A stretch of DNA of 64,000 bases from a bacterium (lineage in GTDB: Bacteria; Auribacterota; UBA3054): the NCBI GenBank assembly GCA_017963805.1, contig JAGCTE010000044.1, positions 5,921-69,920 of the forward strand, in the 5' to 3' direction. Shown here piece by piece: positions 8,189 to 16,826 of this stretch. The stretch's first letter is position 1, and each line of letters begins with the position of its first letter. Both the position numbers and the translations under genes were made by a program. The notes under the pieces are model-generated. The model did no database searches. It was not told the origin of the DNA and worked only from the letters and a program-made list of their open reading frames with translations.

Positions 8189-10276
8189 TTATTTTCTTTT
8201 TCTGCCCAAAAGCAGGGCGAATATAAGGGACGCGAAGAAAAGAGACGGTTCGGGTACGAACTCGTCCATGCCGGAAACGGCCAGGGCGAAGGCCTGGGGC
8301 CCTTTCATGATATTGGCGGCTTTAATTTTCACCTCGATGTTGTCGCCGGTCGGGAAAACATCCATGTATAGTTTTTCAACGTTGTTTATGCTGTCGGTGC
8401 CGCTTTCCAATCCGTTGGGAAGATAGGTGGTCTCGTCGACGGTGACGGTCATGTCAAGGTCGTTGACAAGCGCCTTCCTGGCCGATGTGCTTCCGACGGG
8501 GTCGTTCCAGCACAAGGTGAAGCTTCCGGAGTTGGCCCACCTCTTTTCGAAGGTGTAGGTGACTTCGTCGCCGGTGTTGTTCAAAGTGCCTTCAAAGAAG
8601 AAAAGCTCGCCGTCCGCGGGGTCGATGCTCTCGTTGATGTCAACATGACCGAAGCCGTTGACGCAGTTCGGGGTGACGTCGGGGATCTCCGTGGCGCTCC
8701 TGTACTGGCCGGTGCCCATCGATCTCGCGCCGTTTATAAGAACGGCTTTCACAAGCGCGGAGCTCGGTTTTTCCACGCCGCTCTCAAGAAGGAACTGCAG
8801 TATGTCGGCGCAGCCGCCGGCCGTCAGAGGCGTGGACATGGAGGTGCCTGACATGAAGGTGTAGTAACCGTCCATTTTTCGGGTGCCGTTGTTTTTCGCG
8901 TCGAAAACGGATTCCGTCGATTGGACCAAGGTTCCCGGGGCGCAGACGTCCGGTTTGGCGCGGCCGTCGGTGCAGGGCCCCCTGCTTGAGAACATCGCCA
9001 TGCCCTGGTTGCTGCCGTCGGCGGGATAAGCGATCTTGTCGCTGTAGAAGACCGTCCCCTGCGGAGCCATCTGAAGCTCACCGTATGTCTTGGAATCCTG
9101 GCGGTAGTTCTCGGAGGCGCCGACTGTCAGCACGTTCTTCGCCGACGCCGTGGCGCTGAGGGTGGAGTTGTTTACGGTGCTGATGTTTTCGTTGTCATTG
9201 CCGGCGGAGAAGAGGATCAGCATATCGGGGAATTTGTTGGCGATCCCGTCCCATTTTACGGAGTCGGAAACATAGGCTCCGGCGTTGTAATGGTTCCCCC
9301 AGCTGTTGCTCATGATGCGGGCGCCGGAGTCGTAGGCGCCTTTCACGTCGGCTTCGCTTGGCGGATACACGGATTGTCCCGCTCCCCCGATGGAGATGAA
9401 GTAAAGGGCGGCGTCCGGCGCCATGCCGGCGTTCTGGTAGGTGTAGCTTCCGGTGCCGCAGACGGAGCCGCAGACATGCGTGCCGTGGCCGTTCAGGTCT
9501 TTCCATTCTTCCCTGGGATTGGAGATGCCAACCACGCTCGTTATGTCTTTGTTTTGAAAATCTGGGTGGATGTCGTTAAGGTCGCCGCTGTCCAGCCCGG
9601 AGTCCGCGACGCAGACCTTTACTCCCCTTCCCGTGTAACCGTGACGGTTGGCCTCCTCGACGTTCATTAGAAAATCTTTCTTGGCGACGTCGTTCATAAG
9701 AACAGACTCTTTTTCCTCCTCAACGTTGACTACGGCGCTCAATTTCACAAGCTGCGAGACCTTTTCTTCCGTCACTTCGGCCCTGACCATCACAGGTTCT
9801 TCCAAAACTTTTTCGCATCCGGGAAGAAGAGCGGAAACTTCTTCGTACTCCGCCGCGGAAGTGAGGATTATGAGAGCTTTGAAAGCGCCTTTGCCTTTCG
9901 CCATGAAGGTCTTTGAGGATCCGGTCGTCTTGAATGACGAAGGATATTCGCCGCAATAGAGAAGCTCCGTTCGGGACTTCAAAAACTCCAGCTCCTTTTC
10001 TCCCGCCAGGATCTGGTAGGCGTTCGGCGGTATGATCCCGACGAAAACTACGCCCGCGCGTTCAGCCGTCTTCATCTCTTCGGTCGTGAAATTTTTGGCC
10101 GGTTGGATGACGTACTGGTATTTCCCGCAGGAAGTGGGAGCGCATTCTGGTTTGACATAGCTTTGCGTTTTCGGAGCCGAGGGGTCGATCACGTTTTCCC
10201 TAAGATAAATGAGACCGGGGTCGGCTATGGCGCCTAAAGAGGCGGCAAGAAGTGTGAGAAGAACGATTTTTTTCAT
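8189..10276 (-). CDS. S8 subtilase (KP-43-like) with PEP-CTERM anchor, paralog 2
   Basis: VADSG, HGTHVCG, SAGN, SGTSMSTP. Tail VPEPSLFFASLIFALLLGRKRK. Confidence 0.92.
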   Translation of the reverse strand: MKKIVLLTLLAASLGAIADPGLIYLRENVIDPSAPKTQSYVKPECAPTSCGKYQYVIQPAKNFTTEEMKTAERAGVVFVGIIPPNAYQILAGEKELEFLKSRTELLYCGEYPSSFKTTGSSKTFMAKGKGAFKALIILTSAAEYEEVSALLPGCEKVLEEPVMVRAEVTEEKVSQLVKLSAVVNVEEEKESVLMNDVAKKDFLMNVEEANRHGYTGRGVKVCVADSGLDSGDLNDIHPDFQNKDITSVVGISNPREEWKDLNGHGTHVCGSVCGTGSYTYQNAGMAPDAALYFISIGGAGQSVYPPSEADVKGAYDSGARIMSNSWGNHYNAGAYVSDSVKWDGIANKFPDMLILFSAGNDNENISTVNNSTLSATASAKNVLTVGASENYRQDSKTYGELQMAPQGTVFYSDKIAYPADGSNQGMAMFSSRGPCTDGRAKPDVCAPGTLVQSTESVFDAKNNGTRKMDGYYTFMSGTSMSTPLTAGGCADILQFLLESGVEKPSSALVKAVLINGARSMGTGQYRSATEIPDVTPNCVNGFGHVDINESIDPADGELFFFEGTLNNTGDEVTYTFEKRWANSGSFTLCWNDPVGSTSARKALVNDLDMTVTVDETTYLPNGLESGTDSINNVEKLYMDVFPTGDNIEVKIKAANIMKGPQAFALAVSGMDEFVPEPSLFFASLIFALLLGRKRK

Positions 10277-10279
10277 AGT

Positions 10280-12382
10280 TTATTTGTTTTTGGTTTTTAA
10301 AAGAGCTAAGACAAAAAAAGCGAACAGGAAGAGTCCCGGTTCGGGAACCACTTCGGAATCCACGCCGGAAACGGCAAGCGAAAACGTTTGTGGGCCCTGC
10401 ATGACGTTGTAGCCCTTCACGGCTACCTTTATGTTGCCGCTTGGCAATTCGTCCGACCTGAACCGCTCCACGTTGTTTATGGAGTCGCAGTGTTCGCCTG
10501 AGCCGTCGCAATAGTATTCGTATCCGCCGCAGGAAACTGAGATGTCAAGGTCGTTCACAAGCGCGATCTCGGCGCCGACCGTCCCGGGATAGTCGTTCCA
10601 GACCAAGGTTGCCGAGACCGGCCCGGGGGAGGATTTGGCGAAGACGTAGGCGACTTCGGCGTCCGTGTCGTCAATGACGCCGTCGTGAAGGAAAAGCTTG
10701 CCGACTTTAGGCTTTAAGCTTTCGGCCAGGTCGACGTGCCCGAAGCCGTTGACGCAGTTGGGATCTTCCGCGGGTATCTCCGTGTAGCCCTCGTACTGCC
10801 CGGTCCCCATGTTCCTGGCGCCGTTAATCAGGAGCGCCTTGACAAGCGAGGCGGAGGGATAAGTGAAGCCCTGTTCAATGAGGAACTGCATGGCGTCCGC
10901 CGCGGCTCCCGTCGTCAGGGGCGTCGCCATGGAGGTGCCTTCCATTACGGTGTAGTAGCTGCTCCTGGTCCCGTTGTTTTTACTGTCCCAAAGAGATTCC
11001 GTCGAGATTATCTGGGTCCCGGGAGCGACAATGTCCGGTTTGAATCTTCCGTCCCTGGCGGGACCGCGGGATGAGAAATAAGCCATGCCCTGCTGGGTGC
11101 CGTTCTGCGGGGAAGCAGTGAGGTCCGTATTGAAAGGCGCCGCCACGTTGGAGTAAAGGCTGCCGTAGGTGAAGGGTCTGTCGGGACGGTACGATTCCGC
11201 GGCGCCCACCGTGAGGACGTTTTTGGCGGCGGCCTGGGTGCTTAAGGTGCAGTTGTTTTCCGTATCTATCTTTTTGTTGCTGTTGCCGGCCGCGAAAAGG
11301 ATCAGGAAATCCGGGTTGTTATAGGTGGCAACGTCGTAGAAAAGAGACGAAGTAGTGTATTTCCCGGCGATGTCGGTGCTGTACGCTCCCCAGCTGTTGT
11401 TCATGACGCGGGCGCCGCTGTCGTAGGCGCCGCCCATATCCGCCATTTCGGGAGGATAGACGCTGGAAGAGTTGCCTCCGATGCAGATGAAGTAAAGAGA
11501 CGCATCCGGAGCGGTCCCGGCGTAAGTGCCGTTTTCATGGGCGCCGGTTCCGACCGCGGAGCCGCTGACATGGGTGCCGTGCCCGTTGAGATCGCGCCAG
11601 TCAGTCCTTTCGGTGTTTTTAGAAGCGACGACGCCTATCACGTCCTTGTTCTGGAAGTCCGGATGAATGTCACTTGGGTCTCCGCTGTCAAGACCGGTGT
11701 CCGCGACGCAGACCATGATCCCTTTTCCGGTGTAGCCCAGGGTGTTCATCGCGTCGACGTTCATGACAACTTCGCTTCTGGCGGCGTTGTTAAAGATCTT
11801 CGCCTCTACTTCCTCCTCCACGCTGAGAACGTCGGAACGGAGGACAAGCTTGTCGACAAGATCTATGCCGCAGACCGCCCTTAAGATAGGAGGACGCTCG
11901 CAGAGCAAAGAAACATCCTTCGCGCCTTCTTCCTTGAGGAAAGCGATAACGGTCGCCGTTTCGTCAGGGCCTGTCAAAATAATGTTCAGTTTGACTTCGC
12001 TTCCAGCGCTGAAAAATCTGCCCGTGGGAAGGCCGTTCTTGTATTCCGGAAGATATTCGCTGACGTAAAGCAAAGGATGTTTCTCTTCCAGACTTTTCAG
12101 ATCTTCCGGCGCGGCGAGGACTATGTAGGCGTTGGGGGGAACGAAGCCGATGAAGGAAACGCCCGCTTCTTTCAGCGCGGCGCGCTCCTTGTTCGTGAAA
12201 TTCTTCACGGGCTGTATGAGGTATTGATAGCAGCCGTTCTGGTCGGGGGCGCAGCGCTTTTCTCCCTTCGCCATAATAGAAGGCGCCGAAGGATCAAGGG
12301 AAACATCCCTTAACCTAATGAGGCCTGGATCGGCCGCGGAAATGAGCGCTCCCAAAAGAAGCGGGACAAGTATTTTTTTCAT
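10280..12382 (-). CDS. S8 subtilase (KP-43-like) with PEP-CTERM anchor, paralog 1
   Basis: VADTG, HGTHVSG, AAGN, EGTSMATP. Tail VPEPGLFLFAFFVLALLKTKNK. Start placed at MKKIL (12382) because GGAGG is suitably spaced; alternative ATG at 12391. Confidence 0.92.
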   Translation of the reverse strand: MKKILVPLLLGALISAADPGLIRLRDVSLDPSAPSIMAKGEKRCAPDQNGCYQYLIQPVKNFTNKERAALKEAGVSFIGFVPPNAYIVLAAPEDLKSLEEKHPLLYVSEYLPEYKNGLPTGRFFSAGSEVKLNIILTGPDETATVIAFLKEEGAKDVSLLCERPPILRAVCGIDLVDKLVLRSDVLSVEEEVEAKIFNNAARSEVVMNVDAMNTLGYTGKGIMVCVADTGLDSGDPSDIHPDFQNKDVIGVVASKNTERTDWRDLNGHGTHVSGSAVGTGAHENGTYAGTAPDASLYFICIGGNSSSVYPPEMADMGGAYDSGARVMNNSWGAYSTDIAGKYTTSSLFYDVATYNNPDFLILFAAGNSNKKIDTENNCTLSTQAAAKNVLTVGAAESYRPDRPFTYGSLYSNVAAPFNTDLTASPQNGTQQGMAYFSSRGPARDGRFKPDIVAPGTQIISTESLWDSKNNGTRSSYYTVMEGTSMATPLTTGAAADAMQFLIEQGFTYPSASLVKALLINGARNMGTGQYEGYTEIPAEDPNCVNGFGHVDLAESLKPKVGKLFLHDGVIDDTDAEVAYVFAKSSPGPVSATLVWNDYPGTVGAEIALVNDLDISVSCGGYEYYCDGSGEHCDSINNVERFRSDELPSGNIKVAVKGYNVMQGPQTFSLAVSGVDSEVVPEPGLFLFAFFVLALLKTKNK

Positions 12383-12387
12383 GTCTG

Positions 12388-14367
12388 TCATTCCTCCGTA
12401 AGCTCCGCGTTCAAGTTTTGCAGAAGGACTCCGCTTTCCCTGTGCAGCCTCAGGAAAGCGAAAGGTTCCGGGCTGACCTTCATGGACTGCCTTTTGTTGA
12501 TGTTGAAGTCCAGGGGTTCAAGGGAAAAATTAATGACGGCGTAGTCGAGATAATCGCCCGCGGCTATCTCGAAAACCAGCGCGTCCTTTTCTATTTCAAG
12601 CCTGACAAGGCTTTTAACTTTCGGAACGGAGTCGTAAACTTCGTGCAGCGCGGCGAAGCGGGTCTCCTTGACGTTTTCCCTGCGGGCTATCACCATGTTC
12701 CCGTCGGTCGTGCGGTAATGCGTGATCTCCCCGGTCCTGGCTATGTCGCCGCCGTCCCTGGCGGTTAAAAGCCTTGTCGCGCTCTGGCCCAGCATGATCG
12801 TTCTCAGGCCGTTTCCGAAGTCGCATCCCCACTGCGCCGAAGCCAGCTGCGACGTGACGTCTTCCAAGGTCTGGTAGGCGGGCTCTCTGTAGGCCGCGCC
12901 CAGAAAGCTCTTAGCTATGTCTTTTATCTCGTAGCTGTTTTCGGGAGCGGTCGCGCCGGTAAGGCTCGGGCTCTTTTGACTCTCGGAGTGCATCACCCAA
13001 TCGGCGGTGAAGGGGGAATCCGCTTTCAGCGTGAAGATGTCAAGAAGGTAATCGTCCGTCATGAAGAACGTCCGGCGGTAATTCTTCATGGCGGGATAAG
13101 CGTCGGTCCCGTCCAGGTCGAGGAAGGTTATCCCCTGCTTGCATTGGGAGCGCAGTATCTTCGCGCTCGCGGCGGACTGTCTTTTGAAATCGATGACTGC
13201 GGTGGAGGAAGACAAAGTGTGCGTAGCGAAATCCCTGCCGATCAAAGAGCGCCCGTCCTGCCCCTGGCGGCGTCCCATCTGGGTTTTGCCGCTTCCGGAA
13301 AAGACAAACGACAAAAGATCGCCGAAGCGTCCGCCGCTGGTCTTTATCACTCTAAGGTAGCGCGCCCCGCTTCCTTTTTGCACGCGGGAGCGGGCGGTTA
13401 TCCAGCCGGAACCCGCCGGGCTCTTGAGGAGCGGAAGCCTCGGGTACGCCGCGGCCTTCCTTGCCGAAGCGTAGTAGAAGACCGCGTCAAAGGGAGACTC
13501 CAGCGCCGCAGCCCTCAGGTCTCTCAAGGCCAGGCCGCAGCGCAGCGCCACTATAAAGGAGACAGCGGGCGAAAAAGCGGCGTCCCCTTCCCAGCCGCGT
13601 CCCGGCAGAACGTCGGCGGTATCCTTCAGTTCGTTCAGCGCGCAGGCCCATTTCTTCACGGCGCCGTCCCTGTAAAGGTCGCACCCTTTGCCAAGCAATG
13701 TCTCCGCGGCGAAGCAGACATTCTCCAAAAGGCTCATTGAAACGCCGACTTCCATGGCGGTGAACATGCCGTCTGAGTTGAGCATTGAAAGCATTCCCCT
13801 TATCTCTTCCGGCGCTCCGACGCTCTGGCGCCCGGTTGCGGCCGCGGCCAACGCTTTGAATAAGGTACAGAACCAGCCGGCCGTTTTGTCGTCAAGGTCG
13901 AACTCCTTGTCCTGAGCCCTTGAAACGAGCCAGGAATCCGCCTCTGGTCTTTCCTCCGGCTTCATGGAATTCCTCAGGGCCGCGTGCGATTTGGCAAGCG
14001 TTGCGAAACTTCTTCTCTGGGCCATGGGCTTGGGATAATCCCGCCTGACTTCGCGGTAGAGGGAGAGCGCGTCCTGGATAAGATAGACGTCCTTGTTCTT
14101 CAAGCCGAGCAGAGTCTTGGCCCAGATGCGCTCTATCTTTTCCTCCGTCCCGGTTACGGGATCGAACTTCCCTTTTTCGGTGGCGTTCCCGCCCCTGGAC
14201 AATTCCTCGACCTTGTTCCAGAGAAGCGGGCTCTCGACTTTCCTCAGAGCCGCGGAGAGTTCCTGGGTGTTTTCCACCTTGTATTGGTCGCAAACGGGCC
14301 AGACGGAAGCGTTGGCGCAAAGCGTCAGGACAAAAAGGGAAAGGAATATTGCAAGTTCGCGAAGCAT
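12388..14367 (-). CDS. Secreted heparinase II/III-like (alginate lyase PL15/17-type fold) protein, apparently degenerate
   Basis: Signal peptide and helical N-terminal half. C-terminal AYP...YRRTFFMTDDYLLDIFTLKADSPFTADWVMH resembles the heparinase II/III beta-domain. Confidence 0.55.
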   Translation of the reverse strand: MLRELAIFLSLFVLTLCANASVWPVCDQYKVENTQELSAALRKVESPLLWNKVEELSRGGNATEKGKFDPVTGTEEKIERIWAKTLLGLKNKDVYLIQDALSLYREVRRDYPKPMAQRRSFATLAKSHAALRNSMKPEERPEADSWLVSRAQDKEFDLDDKTAGWFCTLFKALAAAATGRQSVGAPEEIRGMLSMLNSDGMFTAMEVGVSMSLLENVCFAAETLLGKGCDLYRDGAVKKWACALNELKDTADVLPGRGWEGDAAFSPAVSFIVALRCGLALRDLRAAALESPFDAVFYYASARKAAAYPRLPLLKSPAGSGWITARSRVQKGSGARYLRVIKTSGGRFGDLLSFVFSGSGKTQMGRRQGQDGRSLIGRDFATHTLSSSTAVIDFKRQSAASAKILRSQCKQGITFLDLDGTDAYPAMKNYRRTFFMTDDYLLDIFTLKADSPFTADWVMHSESQKSPSLTGATAPENSYEIKDIAKSFLGAAYREPAYQTLEDVTSQLASAQWGCDFGNGLRTIMLGQSATRLLTARDGGDIARTGEITHYRTTDGNMVIARRENVKETRFAALHEVYDSVPKVKSLVRLEIEKDALVFEIAAGDYLDYAVINFSLEPLDFNINKRQSMKVSPEPFAFLRLHRESGVLLQNLNAELTEE

Positions 14368-16001
14368 CAGAGGTATCCGAGGTCTTTCAGTCTTTCCTGA
14401 AGTTTTTCTTCGTTCTCGTCGACGGTCTTTTCCGCCTGCCCGTAGGGCGCCTCTTTGTAACGCCTGACGGTCGGTTCCTCCGTCAGCGCTTCCGCAAGGA
14501 CTTTCCCGTCCAGGTCATCGGACAGCGGAATGCCCATGAGCGCAAGGATCGTAGGCGTCACGTCCATAATGGAGGCAGAGATCGTTTCGCCCTGCCTTAC
14601 GCCTTTCCCCTGCAGCATGTAGATCCCGTACTGGCGGTGGTCGCCGGACCTCGGCTGGCCGTGCTGCGTGGAAGGCATGACGGTCTTTTCCGCGAAGCCC
14701 TGGTTGAAGGAATAGCCTACGGCCGGCTCAAGGTAGAGGTCGGAGGCGTTTTTGACAAAGTCTCCTTTGAAAACTTCCTTCGCCTTGAAAACTTTCGCTA
14801 TGACCTTCGTTCCGTCCTCGTCCCTCATTTCAAGCAGGTCGTTTGCGAGCTTTTCCAAAAACTCGTCGCAGTCTTTTTCATCCATGACGCCGCTCGCTTC
14901 CCTGCCCTTCATGTTCAGCCTGACGGAGCGGGCGGACATGGAGGAGAAATAAGCCTTCGTAGTCTCCCAGTCGACGGCGGAAAGAGCCGTGGCGGAACGC
15001 ACCGTCTCGGCGCCGGCGCCGCCAATGGCGGAACGCTTCTCAAGCTGCGCCCTGCGGTGCTTGAGATAAATTTGCCAGAGCCCGAGTCTGTCGAGCGCGG
15101 ACGCTGTCACAAGTTTCCATTTCGCGACTTTGCCGACGTTCACCGCGTCGAGCCCCTCCTTCACGGAAAGATAGCCCTTGTCCCTCAAATAATTGTTGAC
15201 GTAGATGTCTTTTTTCACCTCACCGAAGCCGTGGTCGCTGATCGCCATGACGTAAACGTTCCCGGGAAGCGTGTCCAGAAATTTCCCCAAAAGGGAATCA
15301 AGGAAAACGAAATGGTCTTTGAAAAGGTTGGCGTACGGCCCCCGCTTCTCCACCATGCTCTCTTTCCAGAAGAAATGGAAAAGCCTGTCCATCTCGACGA
15401 AACAGAACATGGCGAAATGCGGCTTCAGTTCGGCATAGAGTTCCGTGAAAACTTTGAACTGCTCCTCGCAATGGGCGTTGACGCCCTTGACGAAGGAGGC
15501 GAAATCGCCTTCGTGCAGAAAGCGCGAGGGCATGTCGACTTTGAAATTCGGATGCTCCCTTTTTATCCGCTTCTTCAATTCGGGAGGATACGTGTACTCG
15601 CAGTCCCACTCGGGAGTGCCGAAACCGGTAATGAGATATCCGTTCACCGGTTCGGGAGGATAAGTGTGCGGCACGTTCATGACCAAAACTCTCCCGCCTT
15701 CATTGGAGACGTAGTTCCAGACCGCGCGGCAGCGCCTGTCTTTCCTGCTGGTCAGATGCACGTCATAATCGGATCCGCTGTAAGAGAAGAAATCGAATAT
15801 GTTGTGCTTGCCGGGATTGCGCCCTGTTACGGAAGACGTCCAGCCCGGAGGCGTCAGAGGAGGGGTCGTTGAGTCAAGGGGACCGTGGACGCCCTTGTAA
15901 AGTCTCGCGAAATTGGGAAGCGCGCCCTCTTTGATCAAAGGCTCAATGACGGACCAGTCGGCGCCGTCAAGGCCCAGTACAAAAGTTCTTACATCATTCA
16001 T
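14367..16001 (-). CDS. Alkaline phosphatase superfamily nucleotide pyrophosphatase/phosphodiesterase-like protein
   Basis: LGLDGADW, STTPPLTPPGWTSSVTG.NPGKH, DRLFHFFW, SDHGF, GDHR, C-terminal ERLKDLGYL. Confidence 0.88.
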   Translation of the reverse strand: MNDVRTFVLGLDGADWSVIEPLIKEGALPNFARLYKGVHGPLDSTTPPLTPPGWTSSVTGRNPGKHNIFDFFSYSGSDYDVHLTSRKDRRCRAVWNYVSNEGGRVLVMNVPHTYPPEPVNGYLITGFGTPEWDCEYTYPPELKKRIKREHPNFKVDMPSRFLHEGDFASFVKGVNAHCEEQFKVFTELYAELKPHFAMFCFVEMDRLFHFFWKESMVEKRGPYANLFKDHFVFLDSLLGKFLDTLPGNVYVMAISDHGFGEVKKDIYVNNYLRDKGYLSVKEGLDAVNVGKVAKWKLVTASALDRLGLWQIYLKHRRAQLEKRSAIGGAGAETVRSATALSAVDWETTKAYFSSMSARSVRLNMKGREASGVMDEKDCDEFLEKLANDLLEMRDEDGTKVIAKVFKAKEVFKGDFVKNASDLYLEPAVGYSFNQGFAEKTVMPSTQHGQPRSGDHRQYGIYMLQGKGVRQGETISASIMDVTPTILALMGIPLSDDLDGKVLAEALTEEPTVRRYKEAPYGQAEKTVDENEEKLQERLKDLGYL

Positions 16002-16009
16002 ATTTACTT

Positions 16010-16018
16010 ATTTTAGCA
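16010..16018 (-). promoter_or_regulatory. Extended -10 promoter (TGCTAAAAT) for the minus-strand operon; near-leaderless start
   Basis: TGnTAAAAT ends 8 nt before the ATG at 16001, with no Shine-Dalgarno in between. Confidence 0.55.
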
Positions 16019-16104
16019 AAAAAGCGCGGCGTTTTTTCAGGCAGGGAAATGGAGGAAAAAAACAGCCTTTTCCACTTTATCCCACTTTTATCGTCAAAGC
16101 AAAG

Positions 16105-16124
16105 TTAACCACAAGTTATCCACA
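16105..16124 (+). promoter_or_regulatory. Tandem DnaA boxes
   Basis: TTAACCACA (16105-16113, one mismatch) and perfect TTATCCACA (16116-16124), 11-bp period. Confidence 0.6.
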
Positions 16125-16252
16125 AGTAGAAGCGATCATTTTGCCCGTTTTTACCTTTTTCAAGCCCCCTTCCCACCACTTTCTCTTGTTAAAATAAATA
16201 TCGTGTTTTAAATATGTTATTAAGCAAGAAAGCAACACCCTGACCCCTCCTG

Positions 16253-16288
16253 GTGGGAGGGGGGTTGACTTTGTGGGACAAAGTGGGA
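16253..16288 (+). promoter_or_regulatory. MraZ-type operator (GTGGGA direct repeats in 10-bp phase)
   Basis: GTGGGA at 16253, 16273 and 16283, overlapping the promoter directly upstream of mraZ. MraZ is known to bind GTGG/TGGG repeats with 10-bp periodicity. Confidence 0.75.
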
Positions 16289-16294
16289 TATAAT
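16265..16294 (+). promoter_or_regulatory. Sigma70-type promoter of the dcw cluster
   Basis: TTGACT (16265-16270), 18-bp spacer, TATAAT (16289-16294). Confidence 0.75.
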
Positions 16295-16370
16295 AGTGGT
16301 CGAAAATTTACGGAGTGTGTTTTTTTAACAGATTGTGTGTGTTCAAAGCATTTCCAAAATCAATTAACCA

Positions 16371-16820
16371 ATGGCTAAAGAAAGGTACATAGGAACAGCC
16401 TCTTTGAAGGTGGACGCGAAAGGGCGCATAGCCGTTCCGGCATTCTGCCGCGTGAACGACGCCAAGGTCTTTTTCGTCACCTACGGCCGCAAGAGATTTT
16501 TGCGTCTCTACGACTGGGAGGATTTTTCCAAGAGCCTCACGATGCTCGAGGAACTGGACCCTTACGATGCCAGGACCGAGGAAATGAAGCGTGCTTTGCT
16601 GGGCGGCAGCAAACTCGAAATGGACTCCCACTCCAGGCTCACGATTCCCAAGAATCTTAGAGACTGGGCCGGGCTGACAGGAGAGATCGTCGTCGCCGGC
16701 GTCTCCTCTTACATGGAGATCTGGAACAGCGAAGCATACGCGGCGGAATTTGCCGCCAACATCGCCGATCTCGGAAAGAACATGCAGGAAATCGCGGAAA
16801 GCAGAAAAGAACCGAGGTAA
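16371..16820 (+). CDS. mraZ: Division/cell wall cluster transcriptional repressor MraZ
   Basis: Two SpoVT/AbrB repeats (VDAKGRIAVP, MDSHSRLTIP...EIWN). First gene before rsmH. Confidence 0.92.
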   Translation: MAKERYIGTASLKVDAKGRIAVPAFCRVNDAKVFFVTYGRKRFLRLYDWEDFSKSLTMLEELDPYDARTEEMKRALLGGSKLEMDSHSRLTIPKNLRDWAGLTGEIVVAGVSSYMEIWNSEAYAAEFAANIADLGKNMQEIAESRKEPR

Positions 16821-16826
16821 GAAGCT

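Noticed and set aside
14349-15872. 507-aa plus-strand ORF
   Set aside because: Antisense shadow of the AlkP-superfamily gene; no motifs; long antisense ORFs are expected with this GC-biased codon usage.
16002-16370. Replication origin
   Set aside because: Only two DnaA-like boxes and no dnaA/dnaN/gidA context; a regulatory role is more parsimonious. GC skew could not be computed.
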